Assembly: GCA_038226475.1 (NCBI GenBank)
Contig: JBBRQK010000011.1
Location: forward strand, 41,727 to 105,726
DNA: 64,000 nucleotides
DNA from: Caulobacterales bacterium
GTDB taxonomy: Bacteria > Pseudomonadota > Alphaproteobacteria > Caulobacterales > Caulobacteraceae
Direction of reading: 5' to 3'
Shown here: in pieces, positions 21,291-30,518 of the stretch
How positions within the stretch are numbered: the stretch's first letter is position 1
Layout of the letters: each line of letters begins with the position of its first letter
Position numbers and translations under genes: made by a program
The notes under the pieces: model-generated
Told to the model about the DNA's origin: nothing
Databases searched by the model: none
The model's input: only the letters and a program-made list of their open reading frames with translations

Positions 21291-22052
21291 TCAGCCGCGC
21301 TCTCGCACCCGGTCGCGCGCCGACATCAGCCGCCAGCCTTCCGGACGCAAAATTTCGAGCGGCGAGAAGCGAGACTTATAGTCCATCTTCTCGCTGCCGC
21401 TTACCCAATATCCGAGGTAGAGATAGGGCAGGCCCGACAGGCTCGCCTGCGCGGCGTGATCCAGAATCATGAACGATCCCGGGCTGTTGCGCGCGAGCGA
21501 CGGATCGAAGAAGCTGTAGACCAGCGATAGGCCGTCAGCCAGTTGATCGACCAGGGCGCAGGCGGCCAGCTGGCCTGGGCCGCCGTCCTCCGAATGAGCC
21601 CTGTATTCGACGATATGGGTGCGCACCGCCGTATCCTCGACCATGGCGACATAGTCCGGCCAGCTCATGTCGGCCATGCCGCCGCCGGCGTGGCGAAAAG
21701 CGAGATAGGCGCGCAGAAGGTCGAACTGCTCCAATGTCGCCTCGGCCTCCACCACATGCCGCCGCAGCCCCGCGCCCCGGGCCAAGATGCGCCGCTCCGA
21801 CCTCGAGAACCGATAGTCGCGCACGGGCAGCCGGGCCGAGACACACGACGAGCAGTTCTCGCATGCTGGGCGGTAGGCGATATTCTGCGATCGACGGAAT
21901 CCGCCCTGAGTGAGGGTGTCGTTCACCGCTGCCCCGTCGAGCATCGGAAGGTGCGCGAACACCTTTCTCTCTTCTCGTCCGGGGAGATAGGGGCACGGCG
22001 ACGGTGCGGTCAGAAAGAACCGCAGCTGGCGTGTCGGAAAGTGTTGCGTCAC
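21291..22052 (-). CDS. ate: Arginyl/aspartyl-glutamyl-tRNA-protein transferase (Ate/Bpt family)
   Basis: PCPYLPGREERK, GFRRSQ..YRPAC..C..C, LSLVYSFFDP, YLYLGYWV..S.KM.YK. Confidence 0.92.
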   Translation of the reverse strand: MTQHFPTRQLRFFLTAPSPCPYLPGREERKVFAHLPMLDGAAVNDTLTQGGFRRSQNIAYRPACENCSSCVSARLPVRDYRFSRSERRILARGAGLRRHVVEAEATLEQFDLLRAYLAFRHAGGGMADMSWPDYVAMVEDTAVRTHIVEYRAHSEDGGPGQLAACALVDQLADGLSLVYSFFDPSLARNSPGSFMILDHAAQASLSGLPYLYLGYWVSGSEKMDYKSRFSPLEILRPEGWRLMSARDRVRERG

Positions 22053-22200
22053 GTCTTGAGATCGCCGTTTAAGATCGCCTCCGGATAATGGGGATTAGGG
22101 GTCAGGTCGCGGCGTTGCGCAAGGCTCCGCCGAACAATTCTCCACCGCCAATTTTCGCAACCCGGCGGCCCCGAGCGACGCCGGCTCTGAAGGGATGGTC

Positions 22201-23109
22201 ATGAAGGTCGCGTTCATCGGTCTGGGGGTCATGGGCGCCCCGATGGCTGGCCATCTCGCCAAGGCCGGACACGCCCTGACGGTCTACAACCGAAGCCCTG
22301 AAAAGGCGCAAGCGTGGGCGGCGGAGCATGGCGGCCTGGTGGCTTCTGGGCCGGCCGAGGCGGCCGCCGGACGAGACCTCATTGCCCTGTGCGTGGGCGC
22401 CGACGCCGATGTGCGCGGCGTGATGGCCCAGGTCCTGCCCGCCCTTGCCGTCGGCGCTATCGTGGTCGACCACACCACCACTTCGGCCACCATGGCGCGG
22501 GAGTTGGCCGGCCAGGCCACGGCCCACGGAGTCGCATTTCTCGACGCGCCGGTGTCGGGCGGCGAAGCGGGGGCGAAGGCCGGCGCCCTGTCCATCATGA
22601 TAGGCGGCGACGCCGCAGCCGTGGCGCGGGCCGAGCCCGTCATCGGAGCTTACGCCAAGTCCATCCGCCATATGGGTGGGCCGGGCGCCGGCCAGCTGAC
22701 CAAGATGGTCAATCAGATCTGCATCGCCGGCGTGGTTCAGGGCCTGGCCGAGGCCGTCGCTTTCGCCGATCGAGCCGGCCTCGAGCCTGGCCTCGTCTAC
22801 GAGGCGATTTCCAAGGGCGCGGCGCAATCGTGGCAGATGGACAACCGCTGGGCGACCATGGCGAGGGGCGAGTTCGATTTCGGCTTCGCGGTCGACTGGA
22901 TGCGAAAGGACCTGGGCCTCGTGCTGGACGAGGCCCGGGCCAACGGCGCCAAGCTGGAAATGACGGCCCTGGTCGACCAGTTCTACGCCGAAGTCCAGGC
23001 CATGGGCGGCCGGCGCTGGGATACCTCCAGCCTGGCCGCGCGGCTAATCCGAGATACGGCTTTTCGCGCTCAGGCGCCGAGCAGTTCAGCCGCTCTCGGC
23101 GCGAAATAG
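22201..23109 (+). CDS. NAD(P)-dependent beta-hydroxyacid dehydrogenase (3-hydroxyisobutyrate DH family)
   Basis: FIGLGVMGAPMA, DAPVSGGE, KMVNQ, FGFAVDWMRKDL. Confidence 0.9.
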   Translation: MKVAFIGLGVMGAPMAGHLAKAGHALTVYNRSPEKAQAWAAEHGGLVASGPAEAAAGRDLIALCVGADADVRGVMAQVLPALAVGAIVVDHTTTSATMARELAGQATAHGVAFLDAPVSGGEAGAKAGALSIMIGGDAAAVARAEPVIGAYAKSIRHMGGPGAGQLTKMVNQICIAGVVQGLAEAVAFADRAGLEPGLVYEAISKGAAQSWQMDNRWATMARGEFDFGFAVDWMRKDLGLVLDEARANGAKLEMTALVDQFYAEVQAMGGRRWDTSSLAARLIRDTAFRAQAPSSSAALGAK

Positions 23110-24086
23110 GTGATCACCCCGGCCGCGCCGGCGCGCTTGAACGCACCCAGACTTTCGAGCATGGCGCGATCTCCGTCGATCCAACCGTTGGCGGCGGCGG
23201 CTTCGATCATCGCGTATTCGCCCGACACCTGGAATGCGAAGGTTGGCATGGCGAAGGCCTCGACCACCCTTCGGACGATGTCCAGATACGGCATGCCGGG
23301 CTTGACCATGACCAGATCGGCGCCCTCGGCGATGTCCAGCGCCACCTCCCGCAGGGCCTCGTCGCCGTTGGCCGGGTCCATCTGATAGGTGGCCTTGTCG
23401 ATCGGGTTGGCCACCGATCCCCCGCCCAGCCTGCCCGAGCCTATCGCTTCGCGGTAGGGGCCATAGAAAGCCGAGGCGAACTTAGCCGCATAAGACATGA
23501 TCAAGGTGTCGCAATGTCCCGCCGCTTCCAGCGCGCGGCGCAGCGCTCCCACGCGGCCATCCATCATGTCCGACGGTGCGAGGATGTCGCAGCCGGCGGC
23601 CGCCTGCATCAGTCCCTGCTCTACCAAACGCTCCACGGTGGCGTCATTGACCACCCGCCCGGCTTCGATCAGCCCGTCGTGGCCATGGTCGGTGAAGGGG
23701 TCGAGCGCCACGTCGCACATCACGCCCACGTCCGGGGCCGCCGCCTTCATCGCCGCCACCGCGCGCGCGATCAGTCCGTCTGGATCGGCGGCGGCCGAGC
23801 CGTGCGCGTCCTTGCGGGCTCCGTCGATGTGCGGAAACACGGCGATGGCCGGTATTCCGAGCTGGCTCGCTCGCCTCGCGGCCGCCGCCGCGTCGGGGAC
23901 CGACAGTCGCTCTACGCCTGGCATAGCGGCGACGGCGATGCGACCCTCGCCCTCGTGCACGACGATAGACCAGATCAAATCGGCCGGCGTCAGAACACTC
24001 TCGCGCACCAGACGACGGATCCACGGCGCCTGACGGGGCCGGCGCAGGCGCAGATGGGGGTAGGCGGCGAGGGGCGCTCGGCTCAT
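23070..24086 (-). CDS. hemB: Porphobilinogen synthase, non-Zn (Asp-rich) type
   Basis: DVALDPFTDHGHDG, APSDMMDGR, ASAFYGPYR, TYQMDP, MVKPG, QVSGEY. Confidence 0.97.
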   Translation of the reverse strand: MSRAPLAAYPHLRLRRPRQAPWIRRLVRESVLTPADLIWSIVVHEGEGRIAVAAMPGVERLSVPDAAAAARRASQLGIPAIAVFPHIDGARKDAHGSAAADPDGLIARAVAAMKAAAPDVGVMCDVALDPFTDHGHDGLIEAGRVVNDATVERLVEQGLMQAAAGCDILAPSDMMDGRVGALRRALEAAGHCDTLIMSYAAKFASAFYGPYREAIGSGRLGGGSVANPIDKATYQMDPANGDEALREVALDIAEGADLVMVKPGMPYLDIVRRVVEAFAMPTFAFQVSGEYAMIEAAAANGWIDGDRAMLESLGAFKRAGAAGVITYFAPRAAELLGA

Positions 24087-24149
24087 GCTGACTTCCGTGA
24101 AAACCTGCGCTATGGCATTTCAAAGCAACGACATAAGGGAGAGACAGCC

Positions 24150-24920
24150 TTGAAGCACGGCAATTTCGGCGCGAGGCTCGCGGCCTTGGTGCTTGCCGCC
24201 GGCAGCCTCGGCGGTAGCGGTGCGTTCGCGGCCGACAGCGCGCCCGCCGCCATCGGCGCGGCCGTTGCCGATCCTGCCCGGCCAAAGGAAGACACCGACC
24301 TCGACGCGGCGCGGAAGCCCTCCGAAATCCTCGCCTTCGCCGGGATCAAACCCGGCGACAAGGTGGTCGACGTGTTTCCCGGCGGCTACTACGATCGCCT
24401 GTTCGGGGCTGTCGTCGGGTCTGGCGGCAAGGTCTACATGTTCTTTCCGCAGGAGCTCGCGACGGCTGAGCACATGACCCTGCCCGCCAACGGCTCCACG
24501 CCGGCGCCGGGGCATCCCAACATGATTGCGCTGGTGGCGCCGATCAACGCCTTTTCGACGCCCGAAAGTGTCGACGTGGTGTGGATCCGCCAGAACTACC
24601 ACGACCTGCACGACAAGTTCATGGGTCCGGCCAATGTGCCCGGCTTCAACGCCGCGGTGTTCAAGGCCCTCAAGCCGGGCGGCGAATACATCGTGATCGA
24701 TCACTCGGCGCCGGATGGTTCGGGCCTGGCCCTCACCGACACCGCCCATCGCATCGACGCCGCCGTCGTCAAGAAGGAAGTGACCGCGGCCGGTTTCGTG
24801 TTCGACGGCCAGAGCCAAATTCTGCGCAATCCGGCCGATCCCCGCACGGCTCTGGTGTTCGACAAAGCCATCAAGGGAAAGACCGACCAGTTCGTCTATA
24901 AGTTCCGCAAGCCCGGCTGA
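24150..24920 (+). CDS. Signal-peptide-bearing class I SAM-dependent methyltransferase-like protein
   Basis: TTG start after GGGAGAG; signal peptide ending AFA; ARKPSEILAFAGIKPG, QNYHD, FKALKPGG..VIDH, HRID, TDQFVYKFRKP. Confidence 0.8.
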   Translation: MKHGNFGARLAALVLAAGSLGGSGAFAADSAPAAIGAAVADPARPKEDTDLDAARKPSEILAFAGIKPGDKVVDVFPGGYYDRLFGAVVGSGGKVYMFFPQELATAEHMTLPANGSTPAPGHPNMIALVAPINAFSTPESVDVVWIRQNYHDLHDKFMGPANVPGFNAAVFKALKPGGEYIVIDHSAPDGSGLALTDTAHRIDAAVVKKEVTAAGFVFDGQSQILRNPADPRTALVFDKAIKGKTDQFVYKFRKPG

Positions 24921-24924
24921 CCGC

Positions 24925-25818
24925 GTGGCCCGGATCGGCTTCATCGGCCTTGGCAATATGGGGGCCGGCATGGCCACCAACCTCGCCAAGGCCGGCCATG
25001 AGGTGCGCGCGTTCGATATCCAGGCGGCGGCAATGGAGAAGGCGGTTACGGCCGGTTGCCAAGCCGCCGTTTCGGTGGCCGAAGCGGTTGCGGAGGCGGA
25101 GGTGGTGGTCACCATGCTGCCGGCCGGCGCCCATGTTCGCCAGGTCTGGGCCGACGAGATCGTGCCCCACGCCAAGGCCGGCGCGCTGCTGATCGACTGC
25201 TCGACGATCGATGTGGAGAGCGCCAGGTACGCTCACGAGACAGCGTTGCGCCGCGGCTTCGCCTCGGCCGATGCGCCGGTGTCCGGCGGCGTCATGGCGG
25301 CCGAAGCGGGAACGCTGGCCTTCATGGTCGGCTGCGAGCAAGGCCTGTTCGCCACGGTGGAGGCGGCGCTGGCGCCCATGGCCCGGGCGGTGATCCATGC
25401 GGGCGGGGCAGGGGCGGGCCAAGCCGCCAAGATCTGCAACAACATGCTCCTGGGCATATCCATGCTGGGCGTGTGCGAGGCTTTCGCCCTGGCCGAAAAG
25501 CTCGATCTGGCGCCGGACCGCTTCTTCGAGATCGCCTCGAAATCCTCGGGCCAATGCTGGAGCCTGACCGCCTATTGCCCCTGGCCCGGGCCGGTGCCCT
25601 CGGCGCCGTCCAATCGCGGCTACGAAGGTGGGTTTCTCACCGCCTTGATGCTGAAGGACCTAAAGCTGGCGCAGGAGGCCGCCGCCCGCGCCGGCGCGTC
25701 CACGCCGCTGGGCGCTCAGGCCGAAGCGCTCTACGCCCTGTTCGACGGCCTGGGCCACGGCGGCAAAGATTTCTCCGCCGTGCTGCAACTGATGCGAGGC
25801 AGGCTGGCCGAACTCTGA
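24925..25818 (+). CDS. mmsB: 3-hydroxyisobutyrate dehydrogenase
   Basis: FIGLGNMG, DAPVSGG, AKICNNMLLG, SSGQCWS, LMLKDL. Confidence 0.93.
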   Translation: MARIGFIGLGNMGAGMATNLAKAGHEVRAFDIQAAAMEKAVTAGCQAAVSVAEAVAEAEVVVTMLPAGAHVRQVWADEIVPHAKAGALLIDCSTIDVESARYAHETALRRGFASADAPVSGGVMAAEAGTLAFMVGCEQGLFATVEAALAPMARAVIHAGGAGAGQAAKICNNMLLGISMLGVCEAFALAEKLDLAPDRFFEIASKSSGQCWSLTAYCPWPGPVPSAPSNRGYEGGFLTALMLKDLKLAQEAAARAGASTPLGAQAEALYALFDGLGHGGKDFSAVLQLMRGRLAEL

Positions 25819-25885
25819 GTCGCTGGTGACAGGCGCCCGCCGTTCGTGCCAAGAGAGCGGCGACAACTACGGAGTCGTTTGAGCG

Positions 25886-27112
25886 ATGGACTACAAGGCG
25901 GCCTTTGCCAGGGCGGTCGATCAGGTGCGGGCCGAGGGTCGCTACCGGGTGTTCGCCGATCTGAAACGCCACCGCGGCGATTTCCCCATGGCCACCTGGA
26001 CGCCGCCGGAGGGGGCGCCGCGCGAGGTCGTTGTGTGGTGCTCCAACGACTATCTGGGCCAGGGCCAGAACCCAGTGGTCACCGAGGCAATGCATCGCGC
26101 TATCGACGAGGCCGGCTCAGGCTCTGGCGGCACGCGCAACATCTCCGGGACCACCCACTACCACGTCGAGCTGGAGCACGAGCTGGCCGGGCTCCATGGC
26201 AAGGAGGCGGCCCTTCTGTTCACCTCCGGCTACGTTTCCAACGAGGCGACCCTGGCCACCCTGCAGAAAATCCTGCGCGGCCTGATCGTGTTTTCGGACG
26301 AACTCAACCACGCCTCCATGATCGCCGGCATCCGCCACGGGGGCGGGCCGCGCCGCATTTTTCGCCACAACGATCTGGCTCATCTGGAGAGTCTCCTGGC
26401 CGAGGCGCCCGCCGACGCTCCCAAGCTGATCGCCTTCGAGAGCGTCTATTCCATGGACGGCGACATCGCGGACATCCCCGGCACGGCGGCTCTGGCCAGG
26501 CGCTACGGCGCGCTGACCTATCTGGATGAAGTCCACGCCGTCGGCCTCTATGGCGCGAGCGGCGGCGGCGTTTCAGAGCGCGATGGCGTGGCCGGATCGA
26601 TCGACATCATCGAGGGCACCCTGGGCAAGGCCTTCGGGGTCATGGGCGGCTACGTCGCCGCCGACGCAATGCTGGTCGACGCTATTCGCTCGCACGCCAG
26701 TGGCTTCATCTTCACCACCTCCCTGCCGCCGGCGCTCACCGCCGGCGCCCTGGCCAGCATTCGCTGGCTGAAGGCGCACGACGAGGTCCGGGTTCGCCAC
26801 CAGGAGCGCGCCGCCACGCTGAAGGCGCGCCTGATCGGCGCCGGGCTTCCGGTCATGCCCTCGGTCAGCCACATCGTGCCTGTGCTGGTGGGCGATCCGG
26901 TCCACACCAAACTGGTCAGCGACTGGCTCCTCAGCGACCACGCCATCTATGTGCAGCCGATCAACTATCCCACCGTGCCGCGTGGGACCGAGCGCCTGCG
27001 CTTCACCCCCACGCCGTTCCACACCGACGCAATGATGGATGACCTGGTGCGGGCGCTAGAGGGCCTCTGGGCGCGGTGCAACATCCAGCGCCTCGGCGGC
27101 TACGCCGCGTGA
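25886..27112 (+). CDS. hemA: 5-aminolevulinate synthase
   Basis: [45 protein letters not shown]. Confidence 0.97.
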   Translation: MDYKAAFARAVDQVRAEGRYRVFADLKRHRGDFPMATWTPPEGAPREVVVWCSNDYLGQGQNPVVTEAMHRAIDEAGSGSGGTRNISGTTHYHVELEHELAGLHGKEAALLFTSGYVSNEATLATLQKILRGLIVFSDELNHASMIAGIRHGGGPRRIFRHNDLAHLESLLAEAPADAPKLIAFESVYSMDGDIADIPGTAALARRYGALTYLDEVHAVGLYGASGGGVSERDGVAGSIDIIEGTLGKAFGVMGGYVAADAMLVDAIRSHASGFIFTTSLPPALTAGALASIRWLKAHDEVRVRHQERAATLKARLIGAGLPVMPSVSHIVPVLVGDPVHTKLVSDWLLSDHAIYVQPINYPTVPRGTERLRFTPTPFHTDAMMDDLVRALEGLWARCNIQRLGGYAA

Positions 27113-27131
27113 ACCACCAGGGAGGCCGAGA

Positions 27132-28436
27132 GTGAGCGCTGTCGCACAGGCGTCGAACGCCGTCGCCGATCCGTTCTTTGCCGCCAGCCTGCACGACGCG
27201 GATCCCGACGTGGCCGGGGCCGTTAGCCGCGAGTTCGCAAGGCAGAGCCGGCAGATCGAGCTGATCGCGTCCGAGAACATCGTCTCGCGAGCGGTGCTGG
27301 AGGCTCAGGGCTCGGTCCTGACCAACAAGTACGCCGAGGGCTATCCTGGCCGGCGCTACTATGGTGGCTGCGAATTCGTGGACGAGGTCGAGATCCTCGC
27401 TATCGAGCGAGCGAGGGCGCTGTTCGGCTGCGCCTTCGCCAACGTCCAGCCGCACTCCGGATCCCAGGCTAACCAGGCCGTGTTCATGGCCTTGATCAAG
27501 CCGGGCGACACCTTCATGGGGCTGGATCTGGCCGCCGGCGGGCACCTGACCCATGGGAAGTCGGTCAACCAGTCGGGCAAGTGGTTCAGGCCCGTGGCCT
27601 ATACTGTCCGCACCCAGGACGAGACGATCGACTATGAGGGGATGGCGGAGCTCGCTCTGGAGCACCGGCCCAAGCTGATCATCGCCGGCGGCTCGGCTTA
27701 CAGCCGGGTGATCGATTTCGAGCGCTTCCGCAAGGTGGCCGACAGCGTAGGCGCCTATCTGATGGTCGACATGGCCCATTTCGCAGGCCTGGTCGCGGCG
27801 GGCGTCTTCCCGAGCCCCCTGCCGCACGCCCACGTGGTCACCACCACCACCCACAAAACTCTACGCGGCCCCCGCGGCGGCATGATCCTCTCCAACGACC
27901 CCAAGCTGGGCAAGAAGCTGGATTCGGCCGTCTTTCCGGGGCTCCAGGGCGGACCGCTGATGCATGTCATCGCGGCCAAGGCGGTTGCGTTCGGGGAGGC
28001 GCTGTCACCCGACTTCAAGGCCTACTCCCGCCGGGTGATCGACAATGCCCGCGTCCTGGCCGACGGCCTCGGGGCGGCGGGTCTGCGCATCGTCTCAGGC
28101 GGCACCGACAGCCACCTGATGCTGGTCGATCTGCGGCCCAAGGGCGTCACCGGAAAGGCCGCAGAGGAGAGTCTCGAGCGCGCCGACATAACCTGCAACA
28201 AGAACGGCATCCCCTTCGATCCGGCCCCGCCCGCGATCACGTCGGGTCTTCGGCTCGGCACCCCGGCCAGCACCACGCGCGGCTTCGGTCAGGCGGAGTT
28301 TCGTCGTATCGGCCAGCTGATCGGCGAGGTCGTGGACGGGCTGGCTGCCAACGGCGAGGCGGGTAACGGTGAGGTGGAGTCGAGGGTTCGGCGAGAGGCG
28401 CGGGACTTGACCGCCCGGTTCCCGATCTACATCTGA
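27132..28436 (+). CDS. glyA: Serine hydroxymethyltransferase
   Basis: [42 protein letters not shown]. Confidence 0.99.
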   Translation: MSAVAQASNAVADPFFAASLHDADPDVAGAVSREFARQSRQIELIASENIVSRAVLEAQGSVLTNKYAEGYPGRRYYGGCEFVDEVEILAIERARALFGCAFANVQPHSGSQANQAVFMALIKPGDTFMGLDLAAGGHLTHGKSVNQSGKWFRPVAYTVRTQDETIDYEGMAELALEHRPKLIIAGGSAYSRVIDFERFRKVADSVGAYLMVDMAHFAGLVAAGVFPSPLPHAHVVTTTTHKTLRGPRGGMILSNDPKLGKKLDSAVFPGLQGGPLMHVIAAKAVAFGEALSPDFKAYSRRVIDNARVLADGLGAAGLRIVSGGTDSHLMLVDLRPKGVTGKAAEESLERADITCNKNGIPFDPAPPAITSGLRLGTPASTTRGFGQAEFRRIGQLIGEVVDGLAANGEAGNGEVESRVRREARDLTARFPIYI

Positions 28437-28469
28437 CACCCGTCGGCCGGCTCGCGGAGGGGGCACGTC

Positions 28470-28937
28470 ATGCGCTGCCCGTTCTGCGGTCAACTCGAGA
28501 GCCAGGTGAAGGACAGTCGTCCGTCCGAGGACGGTTCGGCCATCCGCCGCCGGCGGCTGTGTCCCGAATGCGGAGGCCGCTTCACGACCTTCGAGCGCGT
28601 GCAGCTGCGCGAATTGACCATCCTGAAACGCTCCGGCCGGCGTGCGCCGTTCGATCGCGAAAAGCTGGTCCGCTCGATCTCCATAGCCACCCGCAAACGG
28701 CCGGTCGATTCAGAGCGGCTGGAACGCATGGTCACCGGCATCGTGCGTCAGCTAGAGAGCATGGGCGAGACCGAGCTCGCCTCCAATGTGGTCGGCGAGA
28801 TGGTCATGAAGGCGCTCAAGACGCTCGATGACGTGGCCTATGTCCGCTATGCCTCGGTTTATCGCGATTTCCGCCAGACCGACGATTTCGCCCGCTTCCT
28901 CAGCGACGAGGGACTGAGCGACGAGACCGAGGAGTGA
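28470..28937 (+). CDS. nrdR: Transcriptional repressor NrdR
   Basis: MRCPFC, VKDSR, IRRRRLC..C..RFTTFE, ATP cone, [10 protein letters not shown]. Confidence 0.98.
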   Translation: MRCPFCGQLESQVKDSRPSEDGSAIRRRRLCPECGGRFTTFERVQLRELTILKRSGRRAPFDREKLVRSISIATRKRPVDSERLERMVTGIVRQLESMGETELASNVVGEMVMKALKTLDDVAYVRYASVYRDFRQTDDFARFLSDEGLSDETEE

Positions 28938-29386
28938 CCCGGGCCGCCCGGCAGGATCGTGCGGTCGCCAGGCTCGCCGCCGTTCAGGCACTCTACCAGA
29001 TGGATGTCGCCGGCCATGGGGCCGATCGGGTCACGCGCGAGTTTCGCGACCACCGCTTCGACCGCGACCTCGACGGGGTCCGCCTCGCCCCCGCCGACGA
29101 AGCCTGGTTCGGTGAGCTCGTGCGCGGCGTCGCCGATGCTCAGGCCGCGATAGACGCCGCCATCACCCGGCGCCTGGCCGCCCGCTGGAAGCTGGAGCGG
29201 CTCGACGCCACGGTGCGCGCCATACTGCGCGCCGGGGCGTTCGAACTGATGCGCCGGGCCGAGGTGCCCACGGAGGTGGTGATCGACGAATATGTCGAGA
29301 TCGCGAAGTCGTTCTTCGAGGGTCCAGAACCGGGCTTCGTCAACGCCGCCCTCGACAGGATCGCGGGCGATGAGCGGGCCGCCTGA
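28934..29386 (+). CDS. nusB: Transcription antitermination factor NusB
   Basis: [36 protein letters not shown]. Confidence 0.95.
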   Translation: MTRAARQDRAVARLAAVQALYQMDVAGHGADRVTREFRDHRFDRDLDGVRLAPADEAWFGELVRGVADAQAAIDAAITRRLAARWKLERLDATVRAILRAGAFELMRRAEVPTEVVIDEYVEIAKSFFEGPEPGFVNAALDRIAGDERAA

Positions 29387-30341
29387 CGAGTTCGCCTGGA
29401 TCGAAAGCCTCCGCGCCCTGACGCACGGCGATCCCCGCGCCCTTGACCTGCTCGACGATGCGGCGGTGCTTCCGTCCAGGCCTGGCTTTGATCTCGTCGT
29501 CTCCAAGGACGCGCTGGTCGAGGGCGTGCATTTCCTCCAGCACGAGGCCCCTGGGATCGTCGCCCAACGCCTGATTCGCACTAGTCTTTCCGACCTCGCC
29601 GCGAAGGCCGCCCTGCCGTTCGGCTACTTCCTCATGACCGCCTGGCCCGCTGACCGCGACGAGGCCTGGCGCGCCGCCTTCGCGCGTGGTCTGGCGCAGG
29701 ACGGAGAGACGTTCGGCATCGCTCTGCTGGGTGGCGACACCGTCTCGACGCCCGGGCCCCTCGTCGTGAGCGCCACTGTGTTGGGCTGGGTCGAGGCCGG
29801 ACAGGCGGTGTTGCGATCCGGCGCCCACGTCGGCGACCGGCTGGTGGTGTGCGGCGCGATCGGCGACGGCCTGCTGGGTCTGGACGCGGCGCGTGGGCGG
29901 CTGGCCGATCCGGGCGGCGTGCTGGCCGGCCGCTATCGCCTGCCCGAGCCGCGGCTCGACCTTCGCCTGGCGTTGCTGGGGCACGCGAGGGCCGCCGCGG
30001 ACGTGTCCGACGGCCTTCTGGCGGATGCCGGCCGCATCGCTCTGGCCAGCGGGATCGGCGTCCGCGTCGATCTCGGAGGCGTTCCGCTGTCGGCGGAGGG
30101 TCGGGCATGGCTGTCCGCTGCTGGCGACGAGGCGGTCGCCCGCTTGCACCTGGCGACGGGCGGCGACGACTACGCCGTCGCCTGTGCTGTCGCGCCTGAT
30201 CAAGTCGCTCTTTTCCTGGGCGAGGTTCGCGCTTTGGGCCGCCCTGCCGCCGACGCTGGCGAGTTCGTCGACGCGCCGGGTGTCACCGCCCGGTACGCGG
30301 GCGCTCCAGTCGCCGTCGATCGGCTCGGTTGGACGCATTAA
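29370..30341 (+). CDS. thiL: Thiamine-monophosphate kinase
   Basis: [42 protein letters not shown]. Confidence 0.95.
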   Translation: MSGPPDEFAWIESLRALTHGDPRALDLLDDAAVLPSRPGFDLVVSKDALVEGVHFLQHEAPGIVAQRLIRTSLSDLAAKAALPFGYFLMTAWPADRDEAWRAAFARGLAQDGETFGIALLGGDTVSTPGPLVVSATVLGWVEAGQAVLRSGAHVGDRLVVCGAIGDGLLGLDAARGRLADPGGVLAGRYRLPEPRLDLRLALLGHARAAADVSDGLLADAGRIALASGIGVRVDLGGVPLSAEGRAWLSAAGDEAVARLHLATGGDDYAVACAVAPDQVALFLGEVRALGRPAADAGEFVDAPGVTARYAGAPVAVDRLGWTH

Positions 30342-30518
30342 AGGGCGCAGTGGCCACCCATCGCTTGCGTTGCGGGTGCGGTTTTGGCAGTTTCCCGCGA
30401 CTTTTCCGGGCGGCGCCTCGCGCGCCCGGCTAACCCGTTAGGGCATCCCGCCCATGCGATCCTTATTTCCACGACGGCTCGCGGCCGCCGGCGGGAGATT
30501 TTTGGGGGACGTCTCGAT

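Noticed and set aside
22314-24149. Long 868-aa plus-strand ORF
   Set aside because: Only the last 256 aa (from TTG 24150) look coding. The rest is off-frame to the dehydrogenase and antisense to hemB.
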